Origin: Octopus sinensis | Taxonomy: Eukaryota | Length of the DNA stretch: 64,000 bases | Direction of reading: 5' to 3' | Assembly: GCF_006345805.1 (NCBI RefSeq) | Contig: NC_042999.1 | Span: 116,746,001 to 116,810,000 of the forward strand | Part shown: one piece after another, positions 1-14,611 of the stretch | Position numbering within the stretch: the stretch's first letter is position 1 | Layout of the letters: each line of letters begins with the position of its first letter | The notes under the pieces: generated by a model | Databases searched by the model: none | What the model was told of the DNA's origin: nothing | The model's input: the letters and a program-made list of their open reading frames with translations, nothing else | Position numbers and translations under genes: made by a program

Positions 1-1452
1 ACAGAGAAACCATCCGAAAGTGGCCGTAGCCAGTACCGCATCGACTGGCCTCCGTGCTGTGGGCACATCCGAAAGTGGCCGTAGCCAGTACCGCATCGAC
101 TGGCCTCCGTGCTGTGGGCACATGACAAACACCATCCGATCGTGGCCGTTCGCCAGCCTCATCTAGCACCTGTGTCGGTGGCACATAAAAACACCATCCG
201 AAGACTAGTCAGGCCATAACCCATGGCCCCTACCTGGGACGTAGTCAGTCCACCTGTGCATACCTTCCTTCTTGTGACACTTGTGAAGACCTGTTGAGGC
301 AAGTGAAAATCAAAATCAAAACAAATCAAAATAGATGAACATCAATGGAATCTGTATCTTTGTGGTACCAGTGCCGGTGGCACACATGAGAACGAACCAT
401 CGAAACGTGGCCGTAGCCAGTTCCGCATCGACCGGCCTCCGTGCTGTGGGCACGTAACAAACACCATCCGATCATGGCCGTTTGCCAGCCTCATCTGGCA
501 CCTGTGTCGGTGGCACATAAAAACACCTTCCGAAGACCCGGAGACTAGTCAGTCCACCTGTGCATACCTTCCTTCTTGTGACACTTGTGAAGACCGGTTG
601 AGGCAAGTGAAAATCAAATCAATCAAATCAAATCAAATCAAATCAAAATAGACAAAATAGATGAACATCAATGGAATTGTATCTTGTGGTACCAGTGCCT
701 GTGGCACACAAGAATCCATCAGTGCTGTAGTCAGTGCGGTGGGCACATGACAAACCCACCATCGATCGTGGCCGTTCGCCAGCCTCATCTAGCACCTGTG
801 TCGGTGGCACATAAAAACACCATCCGAAGACCCGGCAAGACTAGTCAGGCCATAACCCATGGCCCCTACCTGGGACGTAGTCAGTCCACCTGTGCATACC
901 TTCCTTCTTGTGACACTTGTGAAGACCTGTTGAGGCAAGTGAAAATCAAATCAAAACAAATCAAAATAGATGAACATCAATGGATTTGTATCTTTGTGGT
1001 ACCAGTGCCGGTGGCACGTGGCACACAATAAAACCATCCGAACGTGCCCGTAGCCAGTACCGCATCGACTGGCCTCCGTGCTGTGGGCGTAACAAGCACC
1101 ATCCGATCGTGGCCGTTTGCCAGCCTCATCTGGCACCTGTGTCGGTGGTACATAAAAACACCATCCGAGCGTGGCCGTCTGCCAGCCTCGTCTGGCACCT
1201 GTGTCGGTGGCACATAAAAACACCATCCGAGCGTGGCCGTTTGCCAGCCTCGTCTGGCACCTGTGTCGGTGGCACATAAAATCACCCACTACACTCGCGG
1301 AGTGGTTGGCGTTAGGAAGGGCATCCAGCTGTAGAAAACTGCCAGATCTGACTGGACTGGTGCAGCTTTCGGGCTCCCCAGACCCCAGTTGAACCGTCCA
1401 ACCCATGCTAGCATGGAAAGCGGACGTTAAATGATGATGATGATGATGATGA
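1..1452 (+). repeat. Tandemly reiterated SINE/RTE-tail composite (about 300-bp units plus about 60-bp subrepeats) ending in a (GAT)n tail
   Basis: The block GTGACACTTGTGAAGACC...GAGGCAAGTGAAAATCAAA recurs three times about 300 bp apart. The subunit CTGGCACCTGTGTCGGTGGCACATAAAA is repeated many times. The array ends GGACGTTAAATGATGATGATG. Confidence 0.85.
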
Positions 1453-1595
1453 TATACATATATATATATTTATATATATATATACATATTATAAACATAT
1501 ATATATATTTATATATAATATACATATAATATTATTTATATATATATAACATATATATAAACATATATATATATATATATATACATAATATAAAC

Positions 1596-1626
<31 letters not shown>

Positions 1627-1697
1627 TATAAACACATATATATATATATATATATATACATATATAAAAACACATATATATATACATATATATAAAC

Positions 1698-1729
<32 letters not shown>

Positions 1730-1967
1730 TATAAAAACATATATATATATATATATACATATATATAAACAATATATATATTATATATATATATACATAT
1801 ATATAAACATATATATATATTATATATAATATAACATATATATAAACATATATATATATATATATAACATATATAAACATATATATATATATTAATATAT
1901 ATATACATATATATAAACATATATATATTAATATATATATATACATATATATAAACATATATATATA

Positions 1968-2015
<48 letters not shown>
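1453..2015. repeat. Interrupted (TA)n microsatellite
   Basis: Direct inspection. The YI-rich ORFs in the track are translations of it. Confidence 0.95.
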
Positions 2016-2018
<3 letters not shown>

Positions 2019-5000
2019 CTATGGACTTTCCTGTTATTAGATGATGGTTGAGAGCTCTACAATTTCATGCTGAACAATCACACATAAGATTTGTTTGTTA
2101 TGATCAAATGCTTGTGTTTACATAAGCTCACACTCTCCATCAAATTGACATTGCCTGTATAAGTGCACGAGTGTGCCACATGTCAGATGTCAAAATGATT
2201 GCAGAGAAACATGAAATGAAGATTTTTGGCCTGGGAGTCATACCCATGGTCTAGTGATTATGAGTACAACACCCTAACCACTAGGAAAATCAGTGCTTAT
2301 GACTCTTTTCAAGGCCTCCAAAAGTGATTGGAGGGAAGGAGGAAAGTATCTTCAAACCAGAGACTTGGCCCAGATGTTTGCAACAGGAGAAACTCTACTT
2401 AAGGCACCTTTGGTTCCAAGTAGTGGTGATGTTAAGCCCATGGTGAGATTTTAAACTCAAAAGGCAAAAGAGATAGAGCAATCTTCTGAACCAACATTCT
2501 TACTGTGCCACCAGTCCACCACCCTGATTTGGTACTTTGTTATTGATCTTAGCAAAGAGTGTAAAGAGCCAGAACAAATATTATGAGACATTCTATCTTG
2601 TGCTCTAAAGGGTCTGCAAATTCTCTGACAAGATGGCTTTAAGTTTTCCCAACATTATGGTAAAGAAACAAGGATTAAATGAATGCAACCTCGGCTTTGT
2701 TTTCTCATTAATAAAGAGAGAGGGGGAATTTTATTGCTTTTTTTTTTTTTTTTTTTTTTGAAGCTTGTATTTGTCAGTTCGGGACCTCTTTTCTTATACA
2801 ATTAAATTACTACAACAGATAATTTGAACTTACACAAAACCATCTTCCTTCTTTTTCTCTCTTAGTTTTTATAAAGGTCTCAATATATTTGTTAAAGTAA
2901 GTTTCATTAATTAAAAGTCTCATTAATGGCATATTCCCCATTGAAAATAATCTTTTGAATGAAGTAAAATATTTTTTAGTCAATCAGCATTTTTTTCTTT
3001 ATTATTAAAAATGTTTTTTTCTTCTTTTGTTTTTTAACAAATGACAATGGAGTTTTGTAGAGTACACTATGACACAAATGTTTATAGTACATATCTATTT
3101 GTCCTTTTGGGATTTTTACATTTTTATAAGAGCTTCACATTTATCGGCTCCTCTTCCCATTTATCCCCTTATCTCAAGTGTCACCAGGTCACACTTTAAT
3201 GCTCATCAGTCAGGCATATTCTTCTGTGTACATTCACCCAACATACATAATTTGAAGGCTTGTATAAAGTACTAGTATATATCCTTAGTCTTGGATTTAA
3301 TCAACAATGGTCTTTCTTTCTGCTTATTTCAAATGTCTTCTTTGCTACCACTTCAACCTATGGCTGATATGTGCTGTAATGTTTACTGATTGATCATCAC
3401 ATCGAAACTCTTTTCTGAATGAAATCAAACATTTCTTTGTTATCATTGCTCTTTTTTTTTACATTTTATTTACAGTTACAATTTAATTGTTCAGATTTGA
3501 TTATTTCAAATTTTTATTTAATTTTTTATGGTTTATCTTTCTTAGAATAAATCAGTTTTTGGTTAATTTTCTTATATCTAGTAACAATTATTACAGTAAT
3601 CAGATGCATTTGCTGACAACTACATACACCTAAAAATATAAAGTAAAAGCTGGTAGTGTGTTGTCTCTTGCCCAGTGACTTAATTTTATTTTGACATTCT
3701 TACAAAATACTATTTGTTTCTTTCCTCACTTAATGCCCCAAAATTGGAAATAGGACCATAGCAACAAACTTGTTTTGCACGAAAGGATTAATCATCATCA
3801 TTTAGCATCTACTTCCCCATACTTGCATGCATGGGTCAGGTGAGATACGTTGAATCAGAGTATTCTACAACTGAATGCTCTTCCATATGCCAACCCCCAC
3901 CTGTTTCAGAGTGAGGTAATAATCTCCAAGTCTATCAAACAGCAAACAGCCCAGATATGCATATGTGGAGAACTGGAAACAAATGACATCAAAATGAGCA
4001 ATTATTTGTTTACAAATATCACACAATATGTCAAAAAGCCCAGACAAGCTTTTGTAGCAAATGGCCCATTAGCAAAGCCATTGTTTGAACCAAAGAACAA
4101 GCTTGTATGTAGACTTAAGAAATATAAACTCACACGTATGCACCCATAAAACAGGCTGTTTTCAGTTTCAGACTACCATATAATCTCTCAAGGGTTTGGT
4201 TGACTCAGGATTATAGTAAAAGACACTTGCCCATCAAGCCACATAATGGGACTGGTCCATTGGTTGAGAAGTGAACTACTCAGCTACATAGTTGTGTGTA
4301 TATGTGCATATGCATGTTGCAAGTTTAATAATAAACGCTCCTGAGAAATAATGTATAACCTCTTATACTTAGTTTCAGTAAATAAGAATACATTTATGGC
4401 TTTGCAATAAATGTTTGCTTTTAGATTTCTACTGTTATATCTTAATTAAAAATCTCACACACTACCACAAAGATGGATAAATGTTATTAACATAATTTTT
4501 GTCGTTTAAAGCTTTTTATTCATTTAATCTGCTTTCACTATTTTACCAAATATAGTCTGATAATGTTTAGAATGTTAACATAACTCAACAGTATACACTA
4601 TACCATACAACATATGTGTATGTGCTGTATTTGTTTGTAAAATGGTTACAAATCACTATCAAATCAATGTTTGTTTTCCTTGGTTTTAAATGAATTATTC
4701 AGAGGGCAACATTCATGTTCTAACTACTATATAGTTACTGTCTGCAACTGCTCTATATGTAAACAATGTTGTTAATGAATTAGTTGGAAGAAAATATTTT
4801 TAAAATATAAGAAATGAAGTAAGATTTTACTGCTAATGAAAGTTAGGGTGTTTTAGTTGTCTTAGACAGAAATGTTTAGCATAATAGAAATTGTTATTGC
4901 ATGATTATTGTTTCCTTAGTTGAGAATAGATTTAATATATCGATTACTTCACATTTCTATGAAATAAATCAATATAATCAAAATGATTAAAAGCATCCAG

Positions 5001-5849
5001 TCCACAATGTAACATAGCTGGCATTTGGAAGGGCATCCAGCTGTAAAAATCATGCCAAAACTAACCTCACCTGTGCTAGTGCCACATAAAACGCACTGAG
5101 TCAACTCTGTGGAGTGGTTGGTGTTAGGAAGGGCATCCAGCCATAAAATCCCCACCAAAACAGACTCAGTAGCCTAGGGTAGTTTTTCTACTTGGCCGGC
5201 TCCTGTCAACCATCCTACCCATGCATGCATGGAAGATGGGCATTAAATGATGATGATGATGATATCTATTATACAGAATAAGGATTGTGTGCTGAGAAAG
5301 AAAAAATATTGTTTAGTCTCACTGAGTTCAAATCCAGTTGAAGTTGACTTTGCATTTCATATCTCCGACATTGATGAAAGTACCAGTAATATGTTGGTTC
5401 AGCTCAAAGGATAGTCTATTCATCTTTTTTACAAGTGGAGAGAGACACTCTATTACCTCAATACTTCAAAGGAATGGGTAAGGAAGAGTCTCTCCCATTT
5501 ACAACAAAGTAAAATAGATGGACCAATCAAATTGAAAGAAACGAAGATTCCAGATTTCTGGCCATCGTTTGCTGTGATTTTCTGAAGTGTGCTATCAATC
5601 ACCATTGTCTTAACTTGAACTGATTGTATATTTTGCATAGTTTTATAAATATACATGCACTTAATCATGACAGGAGCAAAAAATGAGGAGGGGGCTATAA
5701 ATCGAGATGTAAAAAATAAATTTCTAAACATTGGAATCAGTATTATGGAATACAGAATTTATCATACTTGATTGTACTGTATGGAAGGGGGATAATCCTT
5801 AAGTCAGAATATTGTCTGAAATTACAGAAACTGTTGCTGATAGACAGAT

Positions 5850-5885
<36 letters not shown>

Positions 5886-6493
5886 GGTTTTTTTCCTAGC
5901 TTTTTCTTTTTTTCATTCTTCCTAGATATTCAGTTTAACCTTGTTTCTTTTAGATGATATTCAATTACCTTATTAGAATATCTTTCATATTCTAGCACCC
6001 ACCTCTCTCATAATGATTATCTAAAGTCATGTTTAACAGTGTTATTAATCTTAACATAGTGAAAATCATTGCCATCATCAGTATGGTACGTAGTAACCAA
6101 TAACTTTCCTGCTAGGAGCCAAATCCACCTTTTTTACACTCAAGTTTCCTTAAATTTGTATGATATATCTGGCAGATGTAGCTTAACGTTTCTTCAATAT
6201 TACTTTGTACTGACAAAACAATTACTATTTTTTGTTTACCCTTATTTTGCAATGAGGTTTTGGGGAATTTGTCATAGGATACTATTTAAGTAATATGTTT
6301 TACTTTTATGTTAGTTTCAGTATATTGACTTGGTTTAATTGCTGCTTCTTGTTGACAATGACTAAATTTTTATTTATCATCCAATCCAGTGTGGGAAATA
6401 TATAATTAGTGAACTGTGACAAAAAAACAAAACTGACTCCAATCATATTTCCTAAAGAAATTAATAGTGTTATCTTCCTGAATTTCTAACTAG

Positions 6494-6603
6494 GGCACAA
6501 AATGCAAAGTCCAGGTGACTTTGGCAACATGGACATTGGGAATGTTGGAGACAGTGGTGAAAACACAAATATGGATAGCGATGATTTGGTTCCAAGTTTA
6601 CAA
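6494..6603 (+). CDS. YAP1: YAP/Yorkie transcriptional coactivator, penultimate coding exon (GHKMQSPGDFGNMDIGNVGDSGENTNMDSDDLVPSLQ)
   Basis: Acceptor ctaactag|GG and donor CAA|gtaagt; 110 nt, open frame, phase 1 to phase 0. MDSDDLVPSLQ matches the YAP transactivation domain (human IEGEELMPSLQ). Confidence 0.9.
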
Positions 6604-7313
6604 GTAAGTTCAATTTTATGTTTGATTTTATGCTTTCCTATGAATTCCCAATCCATTTTTATTAGATTTTGTTGATGTATGTATCTAAATATTTCTAGGC
6701 AAGACATGAAATTCTAAATCTTCAAAGAATAGGTATCAGGTCTTCTAAATATATTCTCAGAAAGACTTGCCTTATTTCTTCCTTGTTCACTTAACTCCTA
6801 GTTAAGGCATTGTGTCACAGACATGTATAGCCATGTAGGACACAAAACACATATACAAGACTGAAATATTTTGTAATCCTTAAAGGGTCACATTTTCATG
6901 TATTATTTTTAAGGTACATTTAACATTGTGGCCTCTCCAGAGTGGTACCTACAGACATTAATTGAAGGTGTGAGAAGCGAGGAAATTGAAATGAATCATT
7001 CTTGGAGACAGTTGTGTTGTGGGATTATGCATACTTAGTGTCATGATTAGAGAACTTACTACCACTTTAAGTTGCTGACATTCTAATGTGCAAAACTTCC
7101 AAAGCATTATGTTGATGTTAATCCTCCAAAAGTGTTTATGAAAGAACTGAGAAAATGCTGTGTGTGTATATTCATTTTCCATTGAGGTATTCTACCTTTT
7201 TTTGAGAATGGATACATAATATGAGCTGATGAAGTATATTATTTAAGCAATGGCTCAGTACATGATCCTTTATGTTGTAACAAGCCCAACCAATGAGCCC
7301 TTTCATTTATTAT

Positions 7314-7543
7314 TTAACATGTTTTCATATCAAACTGCTTGGGACCACCCTTGGTTATTTGATACAAAACTTTCTATTTTAAAGTGATCTAAAATTAAAA
7401 CTTTCCATCAAAATTTCATGTTAATTTGTGTTTCAAACACCAGCTTAATAATGGCAAAGTTATTTCACTACATACTTTATTATTTCCAAATTAGTTAAAA
7501 CAAAGACTAATTTTCAGCAGAAATATGGTGACAAAAGGATTAA
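7314..7543. mobile_element. Degenerate piggyBac-type MITE
   Basis: TTAA...GGTGACAAAAGGATTAA ends resemble the TTAA-flanked MITE at 46232-46459. Confidence 0.4.
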
Positions 7544-8619
7544 TTATAATTATGCCTGTTGTTGAAATATTTTTTCTTGGAAATTAGTACAAGAGGAATA
7601 AAATCTTGTTTCATAAATGAATGTGATAATTAAGAAGGTAGTTTAAGTTATTATTTACTTGCACAAGCAGAAATTTACTCAGGTCAAACTTATCTAACAA
7701 CAAGTGCTTTTTTGTTTTATTACATATTTGTAGATTTTTTTAGATGCTTGTAGAAAATCCCTAAGTGAAAAATGTTCAGATTTTATGATAGATTTCAGGA
7801 AGTAAACTGTATTTTAAAGAATTAATTAAATACAGTATAGTTCTTTTTCCTTTAATAAATACTAAAATATAACTACTCAGTTATCTAAATGACATGTCAG
7901 TGTTTTAGCCAAATACAAAGATAGTAAAACTAACAGAGCAACTTGATGGAGAAACAGAGAGAGAGAGAAGAGGATACACCGCCAATTAGATAAGAAGGTA
8001 GACTTATGAATAAAAATGAACTAGAGAAATTTGTAGTTAATGATGATATGTTATATAACAGTTCCTACGTGAAGACTAAATTATCTTATCATGAAGCACT
8101 GATATAAATAACTAAGTCAGAGCCCTGATAATATATGTAAAAGTATTACCATATAATCAAATTTCCTGAATGTGAAATGCTGTCTCCATTGCTATGTGCA
8201 ATAGACAACTCATTATCACTTATGCACATATAAAACTATAGATACCACTTATAATATAGAAAGCAGGATATTTATTTTTTAAGCAATGGTGGGATCCTGG
8301 TTTAATACATACTATGGCTAACACTGTGTCTAATTGATGCTATCATAATGTACAGAAATTACGTTGAATAATTTGTATTAACAAAACTGTCTTGAACTAC
8401 TCTTCATATAAATTTAAACTCTAAAACCAAGAGAAAAATTTTGATGATCCACTGCAGATTCAAATAAAGAGCACGAAATTTTAAATATTTCCATTTAAAA
8501 TCATGAATTAGGAATAAAAGACAGGAATTCAAGTGTTTTATCTCTCACTTCCCTGTCATTTTCCCCCTTTCTTTCCCTTTCTCTGTTTGTAACTCCTTAG
8601 CCTCTCCTCCTCCTCTCCT

Positions 8620-8654
<35 letters not shown>

Positions 8655-8874
8655 TTCACACACTTGCTTTAGTTATTTTACTGCATATAAGATAGATATT
8701 TTCAGTTTCACTGAGGTTCATATGTGATAGACTTTGGCTTAATTTAGCAAATTTATATTTAGTTCTTTTGACAAAATATAAACAAAGATGTTTAGATTTT
8801 AATTTTTAAATGCTTTTTAACCGTAATTTTTTGAAAAATTTTTCATCTTTGCTTTTTTTATTTTTTTCTTGCAG

Positions 8875-8955
8875 GAAGATATCACAACTGAACTGTTAAA
8901 TGATGTTGAGACTGTATTGAGTAATTCTAAAGTAGATGGTCTGTTATGGTTGTGA
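8875..8955 (+). CDS. YAP1: YAP/Yorkie final coding exon (EDITTELLNDVETVLSNSKVDGLLWL*)
   Basis: Strong polypyrimidine acceptor tttttttcttgcag|GAA, in phase with the previous exon, TGA at 8953-8955. Matches human [29 protein letters not shown]. Confidence 0.92.
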   Translation, partial: EDITTELLNDVETVLSNSKVDGLLWL

Positions 8956-10512
8956 AAATAAAGGGAACCAGAAAATAGTGGCAGTACCGCTATCAAACAT
9001 AGATATATAAACATATATATATATGTGTGTGTATATAAAACACAGAACTCTTGGATTTGGCAGAGTATGGAAAACTGCCACACCAAATAGAGCCACTGGA
9101 TAAATGGCAGAAAACAAGGAATCATTATTGTTAACCGACTCAAATTTGGATGTAAAGGGGGACATTACAATTGAACTAAGTGCTATGGTACACAATTTAT
9201 CTAGAGAAACATAACTTTATACAAACACATACACGTACACAAGAAGGTCACAAAGCATAAAATATATATATGATGATATCTGTGTATATATTCAAGCAGA
9301 TGCATCAAGACAGACTTCTATAGACTCACATGTTTGGTTGTCAATAGAGAAGAGTTTCTCTCTATTACAGCTCATGGTTAATTATCCATCTGTGGTAATC
9401 TAAAAATAATATATTGTGTTATATACAAAACCAAACCAAATAATGTGTATTTCACAATTCTTTTATATATATATATAATTATACATATATTTTAAATTTC
9501 AGGGAAAAGCTAGAAAGAGTGAATATTTTCTTTCTTTTTTTTTTTTTCCTCCCCAACATTTTTCCCCCCCTCTATTATTTTAACTATATATAACTCTGGT
9601 AGTTAGTATTTGAAAACGATGTTGGAAAAGTTGATATATCTATCTCTCTAGATGATTTGAGCGATTAAAAACTAACTGAAAAATAAACAGAAAACATGCA
9701 CTACAAAACAATTAAAAAGAAAAACACTAAAACAGCATTTAATGAAACCAAATCAGAGATATATGGATATATAAATATACATATATATATATATAAATAT
9801 ATATATATATATGAAAATCAGTCTTCCTATTCCTTACAGACAACTGTCATTTGTAGTTGAATATATATCAAATATTAGGCATGTATATACTATTGTTTCA
9901 GTTCCTCAAATTATCTTTCCGTGCACCATCTTTCAAAGTAAAAAAAGAAAACCATATCGGTTAGTGTTAGTTTATATTATAAGTAATGTTGAATCTTAAG
10001 GTAGAATATCACTGCGAGCAAATATTTGAATTTAGTCACTCTTTTTAAAATCACTGTAGGCTTTTCTGAGTCTCTTATAATGGATTAATAAAACTTCTAT
10101 ACTGAAATTTAAAACGTCAACAAAAAGTAAAAAAAATTTCAAAAATAAATAAAAAGAAACTTCTAAAAACATAGGAATAAGTGTATGTGCATATATAAAT
10201 ACACCTATGTATGTAACTGCATGTATGTGAATATACGCATATATATATGTATAAGCATACATAGTGTTTACATGGATAGCTCTCACATTTTATACTAAAA
10301 TGTAAAAATGTATTCTAATTTTTTTATTTTTTACCAAAGTATGAAAAAAAAGGCATACAAAAATACAAAGATTATTATTTTATATATGATTTCTAGGCAG
10401 TTATCATTTAGTGCTATGTTGCTCTCGACTCTTCTACTGTGTGGAAGGAAAACATGACGGGTGGTTAGGGTTAAACAATCGTATCTCATTATCTAAAGCT
10501 TCTACATATACG

Positions 10513-10552
<40 letters not shown>

Positions 10553-12125
10553 AGCCTTTTCATTTTTCCCAAGGCATATATGTCTTATATATAGACTTTC
10601 ATGCACATTTAAATTATTTATTATAGAGATGAAAGCAATAAATGTCATGTGAAGGATATTTCAACTAATTGCAGGGTCAGACTGCATTAGTTTAAAAAAC
10701 AAGATACTAAAAAGTTGGTAAAAATAAATGTAATAAAAGATTAACTATAGGCTCTATCAGTTATAACATTAAGATCTGAAGTCTTTCCTATATATCATTA
10801 AACAATGTAATTATTATATCTTTAGAATCATTGTTCAACTACTCTCAACAAACTAATTGGTATTTAATCCTACATGGCCAAGTTATTTAAAATTCTTAAT
10901 CTACAATAGGTCTTCGGGGAAAGAAGGGATGTTATTTAACCCATGACAACCTTGACAGTGTTGTTTAGTACACAGTTTGTTCTTTACTCAGCATGGTTTG
11001 TTGAGTTCTCTATGTTTTTTTTTTTTTACCTATATGTTAATTTACAGATTTTGCCAGGATCAGTTTATCTTCATATCCTTTAAAATATATATATATATTT
11101 TTTTTTTGATCAAGTGGCAATTTTTTTTTTATTTATTTAATAAACATTAAATGCTTTAGTACTTAATCATCAACGTTAACTGCCTCAAGTAATTTTACTA
11201 TGTCTTCTTACTGAAAATTCTCGAGATGCATTGTTTTTGAAATTTACCTTGAGATTAAGCAATGCTTATTTCACAGCATTGCAAGCAATTATTAATTAAC
11301 CTAGTTGATAAATTTCTTCAACCTTTTAAATTGCAACCTTTTTTTTTATATATATATATATAAAAAATTACCTAGATGAATCTCATATCTCCAGTATTTT
11401 TATATAAAAAAATTCTGGTGCTGTTTCTTTAATGAAACCTGAAATGATTCTTTGTGTATTTTTTCTAATGAAGCTATTATACACTCTATTATATTTTTAA
11501 CTAACAGTAGAAGTCAAACTGTGAAAAGTGATATAAAATTAAGAACAACAACCACAGGACAACATCATGAGCATGTTTAAAGATATATTTACATATTAGG
11601 AACTGGTCATTTCTTTCACATACATGTATATATTTTTAATTAGACAAATAATAATTATCTATTTTTTACTCAGAATATCTATCTATGCTCTTGTTGCTAT
11701 ATATCATTAATCAACTTCTTGAAGAAAAAAATTATTATGTAGTCATCTTACTTTTCACAGTTGAGATGAAATTCTCTTTGCTTTTTTTTTTTTTTTTTCT
11801 TGTTTTGTTTTAAACATCTACTATTTCCTCCCAAATTTAACACTCCTATCACTTCGGAAACATCTTATTACTTCTATTCAGTAAATCTATACTTTATATC
11901 CATCATTAAATTAAAATTTAAGATAACAATGAATATAAAATAAATTCCAATAATGAGAATTGACACTTTTTTTTCTAATAGGTTTTACAAAATTGACCCT
12001 GAACAAAATATCACACTTTAAAACACACATAAAACCCACTTACCCCCCATTTCCCCCGCCCCATCAAATGCCATATGCCTCAAAAAAAAATTGAAAATTG
12101 AAGAAAAAAATTTAAAAAGAGGTGG

Positions 12126-12174
<49 letters not shown>

Positions 12175-14580
12175 TATATAATTGTATCCAAAAATTGAAA
12201 AAAAAAATATATATATACTTGTATATAAATAAAAAAAATTAAAAGAAAAAGAATTCCACAAAGAAGCCATTGCTCTGAAAAGTTGAAGTTAAGATTTTAA
12301 TAATAAAAAAGTACTAAAAAACACAAAAAACTACTTTATTTTCGTACAAAGAAAAATCAACTGTCTCCAACTATTTTATAGTTATTTGTTACTGAATCTG
12401 CCCTTATAAAGAAAGAAACATTCCAGAATGTCCATTTTGCTGTCATTTAGACAACATATAGTGCCATAGATAAGTTGCAGAATGAAAAACTTAACAGCAC
12501 AACAGAAGAATGTTTTCTTTCACAACTTTTACTCTTAGAAAGAATTAAATTACTAGAAAGAACAATGTCTTAAGATTTGAAAATATGAAGAAATTTTTTT
12601 AAGTAAAAGTTAACTATATGCTGTGAACTCTTGAAATGGGTTTAAATTTCTATAGAATGAATACATTTATATAAGATACACACATAGGATACGCACACCC
12701 ATAAACATATATAACATGTTGGTGGGTGGTTGTAAAATAAAACTTCTCCATCATCTCTGGAGTACATATTCAAAATGTATACTTTTTCACTACACCTATA
12801 TATTAAAAGAAAACCTATGTGCTTTTATGAATGCAGATAGACATATGTAATTATCAAGTTTGTCACAGCTCACATTTAAATTCTACACTTCCACCTTCAT
12901 TATTATTTTTTTTTTCTTTATAATTTGTGGTGGCAATTGTGTGTGTGGATTTTTTTCCTCTTCTTACAATGACATAGAACTCACAGACTTGACTAAGGAC
13001 TGCTGTATTATAAAGAGGTTTCTTTCCTCTGTAGAGGAAGCGAGAGTCTGTGCAACATATTTTTGTAATGAAATTTTTTACACATGAAAAAAAATAAATA
13101 AATAAAAAAAAATGAGAAAAAATAACAATGTATAACTAACTGCTTTAGTGATTCTGTTGTTGTCAATCTACTCAAACCTTACTTCAATTGGTGACTTTTG
13201 TAATTATGCTCACCTCCGCACTGATGAAATGTAACCTTGAAGAATCCCTGTTGAAACATATCTAAGCCAAAGCCCCACTTTTATTTCTCCTCATACATCT
13301 CATTCTGAGATTAGTGTTTTATATATTTATATATATCTTCCACTGCCTTAGAACTGTCTTTTAATTCATCTGGACAGTTGCCTTTTTTTTAATTCCATAA
13401 AATATTGTTATATTTTTTACATTTTTACAGTAAAAACAAAAAAAAATGAACAAAAGTCCCCTTTTATATTTGTATAAAAAACCAATTAACTACAATCAGT
13501 GAACTGGAATTTTTATCCCCCTTTCTTATAAAATATTCAATGCATTGAAAACTACAAAACAAAAGAAAAAACTTAAATATGTATATATAATGAGTCCCTT
13601 TGTCCCAAACCTAGTTAGTTGAGTTCCAGGACTGGTAATTAACATGTTGAATTAACTCCTTAATGCCGAGCAGTAACTTTCCATTTGACAGTGCTATTCA
13701 CTCTAAGTTAAAAGTTGTTCATTTTGGCTGATATTTCTCTCTTTACTTAAAATAATTAGTACTTTTATCTCTTGTATGTTTTGGAGATTATTTTTGTCAT
13801 TTTGGTGAACATAGTAGGCACTCAAAAAATGGCCCATGTCATAGGTTTCTCTCTTGTTAGATTTCTGTGCTAAGCTTTACCACAGATAACATTTGTAGTA
13901 ACTGACTGCCAAATGATGAAAGCCCAATGTGAATGTGCTATAAACATTTGACCTACTCTTTACAGCAACACTGACTCCATTTTATTTGAATATAATAAAT
14001 TAGCTCCAAAGAAGAGGGAGTTTTATCTTTAAATCTTCTATTAATTCAGGCAATAAATATTGTTTTGTTATCTCTTCCCGTTTAAAACATTGACTTTTTT
14101 TAAAAGTATATACCTCTTTCTTTGTAAAGTTTGGTCTTCCTCTTTGAAAAAACAGCATTTTACAAAGACGCTAAAGTATCTGTCATTCTTCTCTCACTCT
14201 GATTTTTGCAACAACAGCCTTTGTTTCATATAAGGCTACACTTAGTTATGAAGTAGTTAGTCTTCGTTCTCTTTTAGCTTGCCTTCAACTGTTGTGCCTT
14301 TCCTTAAGACTAACTTCTCTCAGCACTTCCAGTGAAAATTATTTCTTAACAAATGAACATGTGTGCTAATAATGGGAACTTGCCATTATTTTATTTATTC
14401 ATAGAATTGTTTTAAATTCTCAGATTTATTTTTATCAGACAGGATAAGGGACTTATTGAAAAGTTTCAAGTTATTTTTCAATACATGAACTATTTCATAC
14501 CAACTAAATCACAAAGCACATTTGTAAGCAGATATTGCCTTAATCTTTGACATTTTAAAACATTCCCTGAGTTTGTGATG

Positions 14581-14611
<31 letters not shown>

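Noticed and set aside
1-1270. Repeat-spacer-like periodicity suggestive of a CRISPR array
   Set aside because: The inter-repeat segments are themselves repeated, the context is eukaryotic, and there are no cas genes.
684-1406. ORFs of 73-151 aa in the tandem repeat, and their twins at 23504-24204
   Set aside because: They are open in several frames on both strands of a SINE-like repeat and show no protein motifs.
2016-6493. Search for upstream YAP exons (HSRQES/DSG phosphodegron, WW domains)
   Set aside because: None found; they presumably lie upstream of the window.
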